A stretch of DNA of 64,000 bases from Candidatus Roizmanbacteria bacterium. Its GTDB lineage: Bacteria; Patescibacteriota; Microgenomatia; UBA1406. The translations under genes and the position numbers were made by a program. Within the stretch, counting starts at the first letter, position 1, and each line of letters begins with the position of its first letter. Location: the NCBI GenBank assembly GCA_024654535.1, contig JANLHL010000038.1, forward strand, positions 315,824-379,823, written 5' to 3'. Shown piece after piece: positions 9,599 through 20,382 of this stretch. Below the pieces are notes generated by a model, which did not search any database, had not been told where the DNA came from, and saw only the letters and a list, made by a program, of their open reading frames with translations.

Positions 9599-10348
9599 TT
9601 AATTGAACAAAAACATATATATAAAATCTTTTAGTGCGATTAGTTTTTGCTTGTTAATAATTATTGAACAATGTTTTGGAAATGCAATTATTTCATGTAA
9701 TTTTTGTTTTATTGTTCCATACCGAAATAATAATAATAAGCGATTTCTAGTTAGATAATATTCTTTGTTTGGAGTGCTAGTGCTTATATGTGTGTATAGC
9801 TTGTCTGTACGTATTCCAATTGATTTCTCATTCTTTTTTGCGCGTAAACAAAATTCTACATCTTCGTAATACATAAAATACTGTGTATTAAAGTACCCGA
9901 TTTTTTCAAAGACACTACTTTTTATGCACATGAACGAACCTGATACAAAATCTGTTTTTACATATGTATTATTTTCTTTTTTATGAGTGAAGCCTCCTGA
10001 CATATTCAAGTTATCTATGACTCCTCTGTAATATGTCTGTTTTTTTTCACGAAAAGGAAACCCAAAAATATCGAAATGTTGTGCGGTTTCAAGAATTGTT
10101 GCTCGAGTGATTTTATGTATATCTATATCTGGATTTGCTATTATAAGTACGTCTAGTTTATATTTTTGTAATGATCGTATCCCTTTATTGACGGCTTTTG
10201 CGTAGCCGACATTATTTTTTGAGTTGTCAATACACAGCAACATATTAGCATCTGCTATTCTATTGAATTGCTGAATAGCTGAATCCATTTGTTTTTGTTG
10301 TGTGTTGTAAAACACCAGGACAGCTCCTATAGTTTTATTTTTGGGCAT
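9599..10348 (-). CDS. Glycosyltransferase family 2
   Basis: NVGYAKAVN, ANPD, YFMYYEDVEFCLR. Confidence 0.88.
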   Translation of the reverse strand: MPKNKTIGAVLVFYNTQQKQMDSAIQQFNRIADANMLLCIDNSKNNVGYAKAVNKGIRSLQKYKLDVLIIANPDIDIHKITRATILETAQHFDIFGFPFREKKQTYYRGVIDNLNMSGGFTHKKENNTYVKTDFVSGSFMCIKSSVFEKIGYFNTQYFMYYEDVEFCLRAKKNEKSIGIRTDKLYTHISTSTPNKEYYLTRNRLLLLFRYGTIKQKLHEIIAFPKHCSIIINKQKLIALKDFIYMFLFN

Positions 10349-11105
10349 ATTTTTTGCGAATGTATAAATAGTAGAGAAATGCATATGTAGCACATTCCAT
10401 ATATGCGAAGCACAAATCTAGCATGATGCGTTGTAAGCCATCTTTATATCCATATTCTTTAATAAAACGTACCCAAAAAAGATGTGGCCCATGCATGAGC
10501 AATTTTCTAAGTGTAACTGTCTCGTGTTTATTATATTTCTCCCTGGCATCTCTTTTTGCATAGTTGGTGAATTTTATAAGTATTTGTAGTAAAGAATTGT
10601 AAGAATAATGGTCAAGTTTGTTTTTAGTGATTCCTAGAGTTTTATTCGATTGAAAAGTCGCATGTACTCGTTTCTCTGTTACGTACACAGATTTTTTCTT
10701 AAAAAATCGAAGCATACTATACGTTTCGCCAGCATAGTTAAGCTCTTTGCCGAATAAATGATTGCGATAGGGGATCACGTATGCATTTTTTGACGTATTG
10801 GCAAGTATAAGTTTTATCAATTCATTGCCGAGCGCTGTTGAAACTATCTCATCATGATCAAGAAATAAGATCCAATCGCTATGTGCCTTCGATAGGGCAT
10901 ATGTACGTAGCACGCTCTCACTACTGGAGTTATGTTTATAAACATGTGCACCAGCTCTACGCGCTATTAAAGCACTCGTATCGGTGCTTCCATTGTCAAC
11001 GACAATTATTTCATTTGCGTACGTTTGTACGGCGGCAAGTGACTGAGAGAAGAGTTTTCCACCATTTTTCACAATATAAACTACAGAGAGCATATCTTTA
11101 GCCAT
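10335..11105 (-). CDS. Glycosyltransferase family 2
   Basis: VVDNGSTD, WILFLDHDE. Confidence 0.88.
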   Translation of the reverse strand: MAKDMLSVVYIVKNGGKLFSQSLAAVQTYANEIIVVDNGSTDTSALIARRAGAHVYKHNSSSESVLRTYALSKAHSDWILFLDHDEIVSTALGNELIKLILANTSKNAYVIPYRNHLFGKELNYAGETYSMLRFFKKKSVYVTEKRVHATFQSNKTLGITKNKLDHYSYNSLLQILIKFTNYAKRDAREKYNKHETVTLRKLLMHGPHLFWVRFIKEYGYKDGLQRIMLDLCFAYMECATYAFLYYLYIRKKYAQK

Positions 11106-11182
11106 GTATGTATTATACAGTCAAAGTTAGTATGAGCGAACCTTTCCTATCTAAATTATGCAATTCAAACTATAATACATAT

Positions 11183-11677
11183 ATGCTGAGCGCAAAGAAC
11201 AGAAAACTACTTGTTTTTATTGTCATTGGTATTGCGAGTATTTTTTCTTTTTTTATTCCACAAGGCGAACTACAGAAAGCGAAAGTCATACGGGTTATAG
11301 ATGGCGACACAGTCGAATTGTCGAATCATAAACATGTACGCTACATTGGCATGAACACACCAGAAATGAACTTCAAAAGTAGCACACCAGAGTGTTATGC
11401 GAAAGAAGCAACTGATTTTAATAAGAAATTAGTACTAGGTAAATCAGTCTATTTGGGCAAAGATATTTCTTACGAAGACAAATACCACAGACTACTTCGG
11501 TATGTGTACGTGAAAAAAAATGACGGATCGAAATTGCTGGTCAATGAAGAGTTGGTGAAACAAGGGTATGCAACTATGTATATATATCCACCCGACGTAC
11601 GGCTTGCACTAAAATTTCTTTTTGCACATGTTGACGCACTCAGACAGGGAAAAGGGCTGTGGGGAGCTTGTCAATAG
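11183..11677 (+). CDS. Thermonuclease (SNase) family protein, membrane-anchored
   Basis: VIDGDT, VRYIGMNTPE, DKYHRLLRYV, GKGLW. Confidence 0.92.
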   Translation: MLSAKNRKLLVFIVIGIASIFSFFIPQGELQKAKVIRVIDGDTVELSNHKHVRYIGMNTPEMNFKSSTPECYAKEATDFNKKLVLGKSVYLGKDISYEDKYHRLLRYVYVKKNDGSKLLVNEELVKQGYATMYIYPPDVRLALKFLFAHVDALRQGKGLWGACQ

Positions 11678-11689
11678 ATAACAAGTGTG

Positions 11690-11763
11690 TGGATCTGGGT
11701 GGACTTGAACCACCGACCTTTCGAATGTGAATCGAACGCTCTAGCCAGCTGAGCTACAGATCC
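11690..11763 (-). tRNA. tRNA-Val (CAC), no encoded CCA
   Basis: GGATCTG acceptor, TTCGA TTCACAT TCGAA anticodon arm, GTTCAAGTC T-arm. Confidence 0.95.
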
Positions 11764-11815
11764 TTTTTTGTATTATACCAAACACAAGAGAGTGGAACAT
11801 TGTTTGAAAATTGTA

Positions 11816-12232
11816 TTACGATGTAGTTTCTTTATGCTTCACGAGATATATTGAAAGTCCAAATATGATGAGCATTATTACTTGGCACGACATACATACG
11901 GGACATAATACGCGCTCCCTAAATATTTCAAGAAATGTAAGTCGTAAACAAAAAAGCATGCCGAACGTACTCATGCCTAAAATCAATCCACCCCACTTCT
12001 TAATTGATCCAAACAAGATAGCAATATAGCCGACCAGGCCGACAACAGCTACAGGTATACCAAATATTGTTGCGAGTGAACCTTTTGTCACTGCGTCGCA
12101 ATTGACAGTCGCATTTATCGCACAAAACTCACTTGGTACTGGTGCGAGGTAGTTATATAGAAGATAGATTGCGAGACCTATGCCAACAATAGATAATGCA
12201 GTGATACTTTTGTAAATAGTATTAATTTTCAT
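11816..12232 (-). CDS. Vitamin K epoxide reductase (VKOR) family protein
   Basis: Loop C-x7-C..V, GIPVA, CPVC motif in a TM helix. Confidence 0.9.
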   Translation of the reverse strand: MKINTIYKSITALSIVGIGLAIYLLYNYLAPVPSEFCAINATVNCDAVTKGSLATIFGIPVAVVGLVGYIAILFGSIKKWGGLILGMSTFGMLFCLRLTFLEIFRERVLCPVCMSCQVIMLIIFGLSIYLVKHKETTS

Positions 12233-12256
12233 AATAGATAGTGTACATCCTTTTTG

Positions 12257-13222
12257 TTAATTTGTCATTTCTTTATACGTGCGTAGGTAAGAAAGTGTAT
12301 CTTCTGGATTATCAAACTCCATCAGTTTGGTGCGCAGCCAACTCGCTCCAGGAAAATCTGAAATATACATTTTGTAAAATTTCTTCATTATTTGGAAATT
12401 CTTAGTATTGTGCCATGTTTTCGCAAATAACAAAATATGCTTTTCGAGAAGATTAAGTTTTTTCCTCGCAGATAGAGAAGAGAGTTGTATGTGTGGATCA
12501 AATATCCAGGGATTTTTAAATATACCACGACCAATCATTATGCCATCTGCGCCGCATATCTTTGATTTAGATAGGCCATCACTATACGATGCAATATCTC
12601 CGTTTCCAACTATGAGCGTGTTTTTTTTCATTTCGTTTCTTATATCAACAGCTCGTTTTATTTCATCCCAGTGAGCAGGGACAGATGACATTTCACGTAC
12701 TGTACGTGCATGAACAGTTATTGCAGCGAGAGGGAACGATAGAAGAAACCGAATCCAAGGCTCAGTTTCTATAGTGTTATATCCTATACGAGTCTTTACG
12801 CTGACGGGCAATCCATCGGCACCTTTGAGAGTTGCACGAATAATGTTCTCTGCAAGTGCATGATTCTTGATAAGCGCAGCGCACAAACCAGTTTTTACTA
12901 CTTTTTTTTCAGGACAACCCATATTTAAATCTATGCCGTCAAACCCCATTTTTCGTATGACTAGTGCCGCTTCATAATAGTTTTGAGGTGTGCCTCCCCA
13001 TAATTGTGCAATAATAGGACGTTCTTTTTTACTGAAAATAAGTCGATGGATAACCTCTTTTGCTCCATCAGAAAACATGCCGTCAACATTGGTGAATTCG
13101 GTGAAAAATATATCAGGAGGAGCGCATGAAGAAATAATTTGACGAAAGACGGTATCAGTCACGTCTTCCATTGGTGCAAGAGCAAAAAAAGGACGAGGTA
13201 ATGTATTCCAAATACTTTGCAT
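12257..13222 (-). CDS. dus: tRNA-dihydrouridine synthase
   Basis: LAPMEDVTD, IDLNMGCP, SVKTRIG, VHART, GNGDI, MIGRG. Confidence 0.93.
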   Translation of the reverse strand: MQSIWNTLPRPFFALAPMEDVTDTVFRQIISSCAPPDIFFTEFTNVDGMFSDGAKEVIHRLIFSKKERPIIAQLWGGTPQNYYEAALVIRKMGFDGIDLNMGCPEKKVVKTGLCAALIKNHALAENIIRATLKGADGLPVSVKTRIGYNTIETEPWIRFLLSFPLAAITVHARTVREMSSVPAHWDEIKRAVDIRNEMKKNTLIVGNGDIASYSDGLSKSKICGADGIMIGRGIFKNPWIFDPHIQLSSLSARKKLNLLEKHILLFAKTWHNTKNFQIMKKFYKMYISDFPGASWLRTKLMEFDNPEDTLSYLRTYKEMTN

Positions 13223-13223
13223 A

Positions 13224-13949
13224 TTATATAGACAACTTTACTGTTTTTTTAAGTGTATCTTTTGGCTTTAGCATGCTCATTGGTGAATCAAAATACCCAA
13301 CATTCTTAAACACAGGCTCTATACAGGCATATGCAGTATCAAATATAGTCTGATTATTCACGATATTTCTACCTGTCCAGAGTTGAAGAATCGAGAAATC
13401 GGAACCTGTCTCGAGTGTAATTGCAGGTTTATGTTGTATTCGTACTCTATTTTTTTCATGAGCAGGTATATACGTGTCTTTCGCTATCGATCTTGAAATA
13501 TTTTTATTGTTTATCGTTAGCTGTTCCCATCCATCTGGAGTATCCCAATAGTAATGAAGACCAATATTTACGGGAGCGTTAACATTTCCCTGATTCGTAA
13601 CCGTTACTACATGTGTAAAAGAATTGTTTTCAAGCACAAATTGTTGTTCTATACTTAGTATAGATGGGTATGTACCTTCTGGGGGAACTGTGCAACGTAT
13701 GGTACACGCATTTTCTTTTTCACTCTCAATTGACCACTGCCTATTCCGTGCGGATCCGTGTTGTGACAGTCCATACGCTTGTATACCTTCCGCACTAAAG
13801 TTTGGAGCACACACATGAGAGTTTCCAACTTTTCCGTCTACCCTAGTGTAGGTACCCAGTATTTTATGTGAATGAAGCGTAAGCTCATAGATTCTTCCAC
13901 CCTGAATATCTAGTAATAAATGTGATTGAAAACTGCTAATTTTTACCAT
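13224..13949 (-). CDS. Aldose 1-epimerase / galactose mutarotase-like protein
   Basis: QHGSAR, GLHYYW, LQLWT, ACIEP. Confidence 0.8.
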   Translation of the reverse strand: MVKISSFQSHLLLDIQGGRIYELTLHSHKILGTYTRVDGKVGNSHVCAPNFSAEGIQAYGLSQHGSARNRQWSIESEKENACTIRCTVPPEGTYPSILSIEQQFVLENNSFTHVVTVTNQGNVNAPVNIGLHYYWDTPDGWEQLTINNKNISRSIAKDTYIPAHEKNRVRIQHKPAITLETGSDFSILQLWTGRNIVNNQTIFDTAYACIEPVFKNVGYFDSPMSMLKPKDTLKKTVKLSI

Positions 13950-13956
13950 GTATGTA

Positions 13957-14988
13957 TTATATATCTTTAATTTTCTTAAGCAGCGCTAGCGAGATAAACA
14001 AGGTAACAATTGCGGTACCACCTGCAGAGATAAATGGTAACGGAACACCAACTACGGGGAATAGTCGTAAGTTCATCCCGATATTGAATGCATATTGTAT
14101 GAACACAAACATACATAACCCGACAGCGTAGATTAATGCAGTTCTATTTTTATTATGCTGTGTATCTTTTAGTAAAGAATACATGAAAGCTGTGATCACA
14201 GTGAGTAAGAGCAAGCCACCAATGAAGCCGAATGTTTCTATAAATGAGGCAAAGACAAAATCTGTGTGAGCTTCTGGTAAAAACTGCAACTGCGATTGTG
14301 AAGCGTTTAGTAATCCCTTTCCCATAAAACCTCCGGAACCGATTGCTATAAGTGCTTGCAAGGAGTTATAGTTGATGCCATAAGGATCAAAATGAGGATT
14401 AAGAAATGAAATAATACGATTGAGTTGGTAGTTGTGTAATAAAAATGGGGCTGTGAAAGCGATGGGTATAATGAGAAGTAGTGCTCCCATAATATAACGA
14501 GTTGGAACACCGCTGTATAAATACATCCAAGAGAGAGTTATAAATATAAGTAAACTTGTACCGAGATCAGGCTGTTTAAATACGAGCAACACAGGGATCA
14601 TGATGAGGAAAAATATAAGCAAAAAAGTCTTGAGAGAGCGAATAGGGCCAGAGTTTACTATGCGGGCCAAGCTTAGCGTGAAAAATGGTGTGAAAAATAT
14701 AGAGGGCTGAAAACCCCTATTGAATATACTAAACCATCGACGAGACCCACGAATTGGTGTACCGAATAGTAAGAGAGATGCTAAGGTGATCAAACCAATA
14801 ATACTTATTATATGGATATATGAAAACAATACTCGTGCATGTACAAACCGATTAATTCCTAAGTAAATTAATATGCCAACGAATACATATATGGATTGAT
14901 TGAGTGCATATGCTTTTCCGAAGACAAACTGAATTGCTATCCCAAAACAGCTGAGAAGAATTGCAAAGAAAAATGTCCGATCTTTCAC
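13957..14988 (-). CDS. rodA: SEDS family peptidoglycan polymerase RodA
   Basis: GSRRW, QPDLGT, AIGSGG, FLPEAHTDF, PLPFISAGG. Confidence 0.85.
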   Translation of the reverse strand: MKDRTFFFAILLSCFGIAIQFVFGKAYALNQSIYVFVGILIYLGINRFVHARVLFSYIHIISIIGLITLASLLLFGTPIRGSRRWFSIFNRGFQPSIFFTPFFTLSLARIVNSGPIRSLKTFLLIFFLIMIPVLLVFKQPDLGTSLLIFITLSWMYLYSGVPTRYIMGALLLIIPIAFTAPFLLHNYQLNRIISFLNPHFDPYGINYNSLQALIAIGSGGFMGKGLLNASQSQLQFLPEAHTDFVFASFIETFGFIGGLLLLTVITAFMYSLLKDTQHNKNRTALIYAVGLCMFVFIQYAFNIGMNLRLFPVVGVPLPFISAGGTAIVTLFISLALLKKIKDI

Positions 14989-17987
14989 TTTTTCTTGAAT
15001 ATAGCAATTTTTTCACCGATGATTACAGAATCAGCAAGTACTCGTTGTGCAATATATGTTTGGTATTGAGGAGATACAGAAGGTATTGTAATGTCAATGT
15101 GTTCTGTAATGCTACATGATTGATCTTTACGCAGTTGTTGAATCGATCGTATTATATCGCGTACGGCTCCCTCTTTTTTTAACTCATCCGTGAGGCTCGT
15201 GTCAAGCTCTGCGCATATTTGTGAGGTACTTTTCTCTGAAAATTCTACCTTTTTTACATTGAGTTCAATACAAAGATACTCTTGATATTCTTTTATATTT
15301 TGGGGTATTGTAAGACTACCTTTTGGAAGTGTAAAATGTACGCTTGCAAGTGGTTGTCGGACTTTAAGTTGTTTTTCTTTACGTTGACTATGGCCCGCTT
15401 CTGCGAGTGTTCTCAGTAGCACCATGTCCTGTTCAAGCTGTGTATCTCTCCAATGTTTTGAGAGTTGAGGCCAATTTTCCAAATGGACCGATGCTTTTTC
15501 ACCCGAAATAACTTGGTACAATTCTTCAGAGAAAAATGGGAGAAATGCTGAAATCAATATGGTCACAGTATGTAATACGGTGAAGAGTGTGCTATAGAAG
15601 GCATTTTTATCTTCAATATTTGTACTTCCTGTCCACGTTCTATTTCGTGAAAGACGAATATACCACTGAGAAACATCTAGTACGAGACCTTCTATGGCTT
15701 CAGACGCTGCTGAAGGCTTATAAGCATTGAGATTCCGATATACTTTTTCGATCGTATTTACTAATCGTGACAATATCCATTTGTCGAGTAGAGATAGGTG
15801 ACTACTGGCAAGGTGTTCAGTTATGTTTGAATTGCTTGGTTTTTTCCAAGAGTCAAGTTCGGTATAGGTGAGGTAAAATTTAAAAGTGTTCCATAAAGGT
15901 AGATGAAACGCGCGTTTAACCTCGCTAGCTTTTGTATAACCAAAAAGCAAGTTTTTTTTAGGATCTTGTCGTGCATAAATCCACCTCATTACGTCTACTC
16001 CCATTTTGTCTGCTCCTTCCATAAACTCAATCATATTTCCAGACGACTTGTGCATTGGCTTTCCGTGTTCATCTAATAGTGTTGCATAGCCTAAGACGTG
16101 TCGAAATGGTTCAGTATTTTCTAGTCCTGCAGACATTGCGATAAGCGCATAAAACCAGTTTTTGAACTGCCCTGGAAAACTTTCGCTGATAGAATCTGCT
16201 GGAAACCATTGTTTCCAATATTTTTTATCAGTACGATAACTTGCTTTATTTGTTTTGGGATCAATAAGCGTTGAGTAGGGAACAATTCCGGCATCAAGCC
16301 AAGGATTTCCGACGTCAGGTATACGAGAAATTGTTTTACCACAATGAGAGCATTTAATTTTCACGTCATCAATCCACGGTTTATGTGGGGTATGACCTTC
16401 AAATGTTTTCCAACCATGAACAGCTCGATTTTCAAGTTCATCCTCACTGCCAAGTACCTCAAACATTTTACATGAACTACATTCGTAAATTGGTAACGAA
16501 AGCCCCCAATATCGATTTTTTTTACTAATAAGCCAATCGTGCATATTATTGAGCCAATCAAGTTCGCGGCTCAAACCAAATGAAGGTGTCCATTTTATAT
16601 TCTTTGCAATTGTGATCATACGTTGTCTGAGCGTATCTGTTTCGTCTGCAATCTTACCTTTCACCAGTGCTGGTTTATCCATTGCAATATACCATTCATC
16701 AGCAACCTTCCATACAAGCTCTGTTTTGCATCGCCAGCACGCTGGGTATCGGTGTTTAAACTTTTCTATTGAAAATACGCATGAATTACCCATTTTATCC
16801 TGTTCTTCTAGATAGTCGAGAATGATACGGGGATTTTTCTTTGCATTTTTTCCACTCAGGAAACCAAGATTGGGTAGATAATCAGCATTATCGCCAATGA
16901 CTGGTATCATTGGAAGGCTATATTTTTTACCCAGTTTAAAGTCTTCAACACCTGCGCTTACGGCTGTATGAACCTGACCTGTACCTTCGCTGGTAGAAAT
17001 AGGAAGAATGGTATCATCGGTTGCTATAACCGTGTGAAATGTTTTTGGGTTATGTTGAGCAACCTCCCGTACTGCTGGTAGTGCGTCGAAAGGTCCAGAG
17101 TACGTCATTCCAACAAGAGAAGCACCGGATGCAACACGTACGATACGTTTATATACTTTCTTGAATACTCGCTCGACAGAATCTTTTGCAATCCAGAAAT
17201 AGTCTCCACTCATGCCTTCGACGAGTGCATAGTCTAGCTTTGCGTCGACAGCTATAGCGATATTTGCTGGAATTGTCCATGGGGTCGTAGTCCAAATAAG
17301 GAAGAATTCTTTGTTTTTCCCTGTAACTTTAAGCTTGAGGTATATTGTTTCGTGAGTTACGTCTTTATAGTCTTCGGTCAGCATTTCGTGTTGGGAAATT
17401 GCCGTTTCACAGCGAGGGCACCATGGTACAGATTCATGTCCCTTGTATATCCATCCATAATCGAAACACTTTTTTAGATAGTACCAGATCATATAGTTAT
17501 TTTCGTTCGACATGGTGAAGTATGAATTTTCCCAATCCATGAAATATCCCAATCTTTTACTTTGTTCAGTTTGTATAGCGGCATATTTTTTTACACGCTC
17601 TTTACAGAGCATTACAAATTTTGCTATTGATGCCTTTTTATCTCCAGGGACCAGTTCTTCAATTTGTTTTTTATTTTTAATACCTAATTCTTTTTCGACT
17701 TCTACCTCTACCCACAAACCCTGACAATCAAACCCGTTTTGAAAACGTTGTTTATATCCAAGTAAATTATGAAATTTTTGCCACAAATCTTTGTAGGAAC
17801 GTCCCCATCCGTGATGAACTCCCATAGGGTTGTTTGCGGTAATAGGCCCATCTATATAAGAGAACCTTTTTATGCTAGTGTTATTTTTTGATAGATATTT
17901 TTCTTGAATATTGTGCGTTTTCCAATATTCGAGCCATTTATGTTCTATGACTGGAAAGTTGGGAGTAGTTTCAATTGTCCTCTTCAT
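14985..17987 (-). CDS. ileS: Isoleucine--tRNA ligase, type 2, with GVHH / PMHKS signature variants
   Basis: DGPITAN, GFDCQGL, WTTTPWT editing motif, GTGQVH.A...G..D, DWLISK.RYWG. Confidence 0.95.
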   Translation of the reverse strand: MKRTIETTPNFPVIEHKWLEYWKTHNIQEKYLSKNNTSIKRFSYIDGPITANNPMGVHHGWGRSYKDLWQKFHNLLGYKQRFQNGFDCQGLWVEVEVEKELGIKNKKQIEELVPGDKKASIAKFVMLCKERVKKYAAIQTEQSKRLGYFMDWENSYFTMSNENNYMIWYYLKKCFDYGWIYKGHESVPWCPRCETAISQHEMLTEDYKDVTHETIYLKLKVTGKNKEFFLIWTTTPWTIPANIAIAVDAKLDYALVEGMSGDYFWIAKDSVERVFKKVYKRIVRVASGASLVGMTYSGPFDALPAVREVAQHNPKTFHTVIATDDTILPISTSEGTGQVHTAVSAGVEDFKLGKKYSLPMIPVIGDNADYLPNLGFLSGKNAKKNPRIILDYLEEQDKMGNSCVFSIEKFKHRYPACWRCKTELVWKVADEWYIAMDKPALVKGKIADETDTLRQRMITIAKNIKWTPSFGLSRELDWLNNMHDWLISKKNRYWGLSLPIYECSSCKMFEVLGSEDELENRAVHGWKTFEGHTPHKPWIDDVKIKCSHCGKTISRIPDVGNPWLDAGIVPYSTLIDPKTNKASYRTDKKYWKQWFPADSISESFPGQFKNWFYALIAMSAGLENTEPFRHVLGYATLLDEHGKPMHKSSGNMIEFMEGADKMGVDVMRWIYARQDPKKNLLFGYTKASEVKRAFHLPLWNTFKFYLTYTELDSWKKPSNSNITEHLASSHLSLLDKWILSRLVNTIEKVYRNLNAYKPSAASEAIEGLVLDVSQWYIRLSRNRTWTGSTNIEDKNAFYSTLFTVLHTVTILISAFLPFFSEELYQVISGEKASVHLENWPQLSKHWRDTQLEQDMVLLRTLAEAGHSQRKEKQLKVRQPLASVHFTLPKGSLTIPQNIKEYQEYLCIELNVKKVEFSEKSTSQICAELDTSLTDELKKEGAVRDIIRSIQQLRKDQSCSITEHIDITIPSVSPQYQTYIAQRVLADSVIIGEKIAIFKKK

Positions 17988-18025
17988 ACGGTGCATTATA
18001 TCTAGACTGGAGTGATTTTACAACG

Positions 18026-19105
18026 CTAGCCCCTTTTGTTTCTTCTTAGAAAAGCTGGAATTTCATATTCGTCAGTATCTTCTTCCTTAGTAGTGAACAT
18101 TTCCGAATTTTGAGGTACGCTTATTGATGGTTTACTTATTGAGGATGGGATTTGTTTATTAAAACGTGTTGCAACGAGAGTAATTTTTATCTCATCATGC
18201 ATATTTTTATCTATGGCAGCGCCAAATATAATTTGCGCATCTTGGTCCACATTTTTTGTTATGAGATCGGCGGCTTCGCTCACTTCCTGCATAGAAAGAT
18301 CCTCACCTCCAACAACGTTGAACAGTACTGCCCGAGCGCCTTCAATAGATGTTTCAAGCAGTGGAGAAGATATAGCCTGTTTAACAGCTTGTAAAGATCT
18401 TTTTTCACCACTTGCAATTCCAATACCCATTATTGCAGTTCCAGAGTTTTGCATTATTGTTTTCACATCTGCGAAATCTACGTTGATAAGCCCAGGAAGT
18501 GTAATTATTTCGGCAAGACCCTTCACTCCCTGAGTGAGTACAGCATCGACCTCTTTGAAAGCGTTTAACAATGTTAGCTTTTTTTCTTTGAGTTCAAGTA
18601 CGCGCTCATTAGGGATAATAATAAGCGCATCAACCTTATCTCTCAATTCTTCTATTCCTTTTTCTGCTGCTTGCATTCGTTTTGAGCCCTCAAATAGAAA
18701 TGGCTTCGTAACCACCGCTACGGTGAGCGCACCGCTCTCCTTGGCTACTTGAGCGACCACAGGAGATGCCCCAGTACCAGTACCACCACCCATGCCGGTT
18801 GTGATAAATACCAAATCTGCACCTTCAAGGTATTCTTTTATTTTTTCTTTTGATTCTTCAGCAGCTTGTTGGCCTATTTCAGGATTACCGCCGGCCCCAA
18901 GTCCACGAGTGACTTTTTCTCCTATTTGTAGTTTTGTTCCGGAGACATTGTGTAAGAGAGCTTGGGCATCAGTATTGATAGCAATAAATTCAACTCCCTC
19001 AACGTGTTCTGTTTCTATAAGGTTGATGAGTGCATTAGAACCTGCACCTCCAACGCCGAGGAGTTTTATTCTCGCAACTTTTTTAGCATCAGGTTTAATA
19101 AGCAT
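18026..19105 (-). CDS. ftsZ: Cell division protein FtsZ
   Basis: GMGGGTGTG, INVDFADV, C-terminal EIPAFLR. Confidence 0.98.
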   Translation of the reverse strand: MLIKPDAKKVARIKLLGVGGAGSNALINLIETEHVEGVEFIAINTDAQALLHNVSGTKLQIGEKVTRGLGAGGNPEIGQQAAEESKEKIKEYLEGADLVFITTGMGGGTGTGASPVVAQVAKESGALTVAVVTKPFLFEGSKRMQAAEKGIEELRDKVDALIIIPNERVLELKEKKLTLLNAFKEVDAVLTQGVKGLAEIITLPGLINVDFADVKTIMQNSGTAIMGIGIASGEKRSLQAVKQAISSPLLETSIEGARAVLFNVVGGEDLSMQEVSEAADLITKNVDQDAQIIFGAAIDKNMHDEIKITLVATRFNKQIPSSISKPSISVPQNSEMFTTKEEDTDEYEIPAFLRRNKRG

Positions 19106-19106
19106 A

Positions 19107-20378
19107 TTATTTGCTACCAGGAATAAAATTTTTAAAGAAATCGAAAAGCTTATTAATATTTTCTTTAACTTCCATCTTACCAAACATATTGGGAAGTTCA
19201 GGAAAAGCGAATGATTGTTGTGGCTTTTTTATCTCTTTTGTATACAGTAATGCGCCAACAAGGGCAGAATATTCGGGAGTATGTAATTCATCCGCTATGC
19301 CTCCCAATAGATGAGGCACCCCGATGCGTACTGGTAAGGCAAACGAATGTTTTAATCGTTCAACTAGGTATGGAGTGCCGGCTCCACCGCCAGAAACAAT
19401 AATTCCAGAGGGTATTTTTGCAAGTATATCGCTGTGTTTCAACTCTTTTTCAACAAGCTCAACAAGCTCATCTATTCTTGGATAGATAATTCCTTGAATT
19501 AGTTCTTTTTTGTTGACCGTTGTTATTCGTTCGTTGAGTCGTAAGCTTGCTATATTAATCTCATCTTCGTTTTCTTCTTTTTCTCGTTGTTTTTTCTCGT
19601 ATTCAAACAAAAAACGCTTTAATTTTTCTGAAGATTCTATAGAAATGCGAAGTCCTGCAGATATATCATTTGTGACATTTCTTGACCCAACAGGTACAAC
19701 AGAAGTGTGAATTACCGAACTGTCGGAAAAGATACAAATATCTGTTGTTCCGCCGCCTATATCGAGCATTGCACAGCCGAGTTCTCGTTCGGTTTCAGAA
19801 AGATTTGCTTGAGCTGATGCTATGCCTGAAAATATAAAGCCTTCAATGTCAATTCCGAGTAATCCGCATACCTTTCTAATATTGTTGAGAGCGATTGCAC
19901 TTGCCGTTATAATATGTGTTTCTACTTCTAACCGAACTCCATTCATACCAACCGGATTTTTAATTTCACCTTGGCCATCGACAGTAAATTCTTGAGGAAG
20001 TATATGAATAATTTCTCTGTTTGCTGCTAGTGAGACAGCTTTAGCAGAATCAACAACCCGTTCTATATCTTCTTGCTGTATGTCATTGGTTTGATAGTTC
20101 ACCGCTACCACGCCGTGAGAGTTTAGGGACATAATATTTGGGCCTCCAACTATTATTGTTGCGCGGTTTATTCTATTACCAGCCATACGTTCTGTATTAT
20201 TTATGGCTTTTTCCAGAGTTTTTGTTGCCTCGTTTATGTCAATAATGTGGGATTTTTTTATTCCTTTACTTTTTTCTGCGGAAAATCCAATAACATGCGG
20301 ATCCGCTCCCTCTTCTACGGTCGCTGTGGCAACGGCAACCTTTTCCGAACCTATATCTATAACTGTTATTGTGTCCAT
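19107..20378 (-). CDS. ftsA: Cell division protein FtsA
   Basis: IDIGSEKV, GMNGVRLE, LDIGGGTT, SGGG. Confidence 0.97.
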   Translation of the reverse strand: MDTITVIDIGSEKVAVATATVEEGADPHVIGFSAEKSKGIKKSHIIDINEATKTLEKAINNTERMAGNRINRATIIVGGPNIMSLNSHGVVAVNYQTNDIQQEDIERVVDSAKAVSLAANREIIHILPQEFTVDGQGEIKNPVGMNGVRLEVETHIITASAIALNNIRKVCGLLGIDIEGFIFSGIASAQANLSETERELGCAMLDIGGGTTDICIFSDSSVIHTSVVPVGSRNVTNDISAGLRISIESSEKLKRFLFEYEKKQREKEENEDEINIASLRLNERITTVNKKELIQGIIYPRIDELVELVEKELKHSDILAKIPSGIIVSGGGAGTPYLVERLKHSFALPVRIGVPHLLGGIADELHTPEYSALVGALLYTKEIKKPQQSFAFPELPNMFGKMEVKENINKLFDFFKNFIPGSK

Positions 20379-20382
20379 ATAA

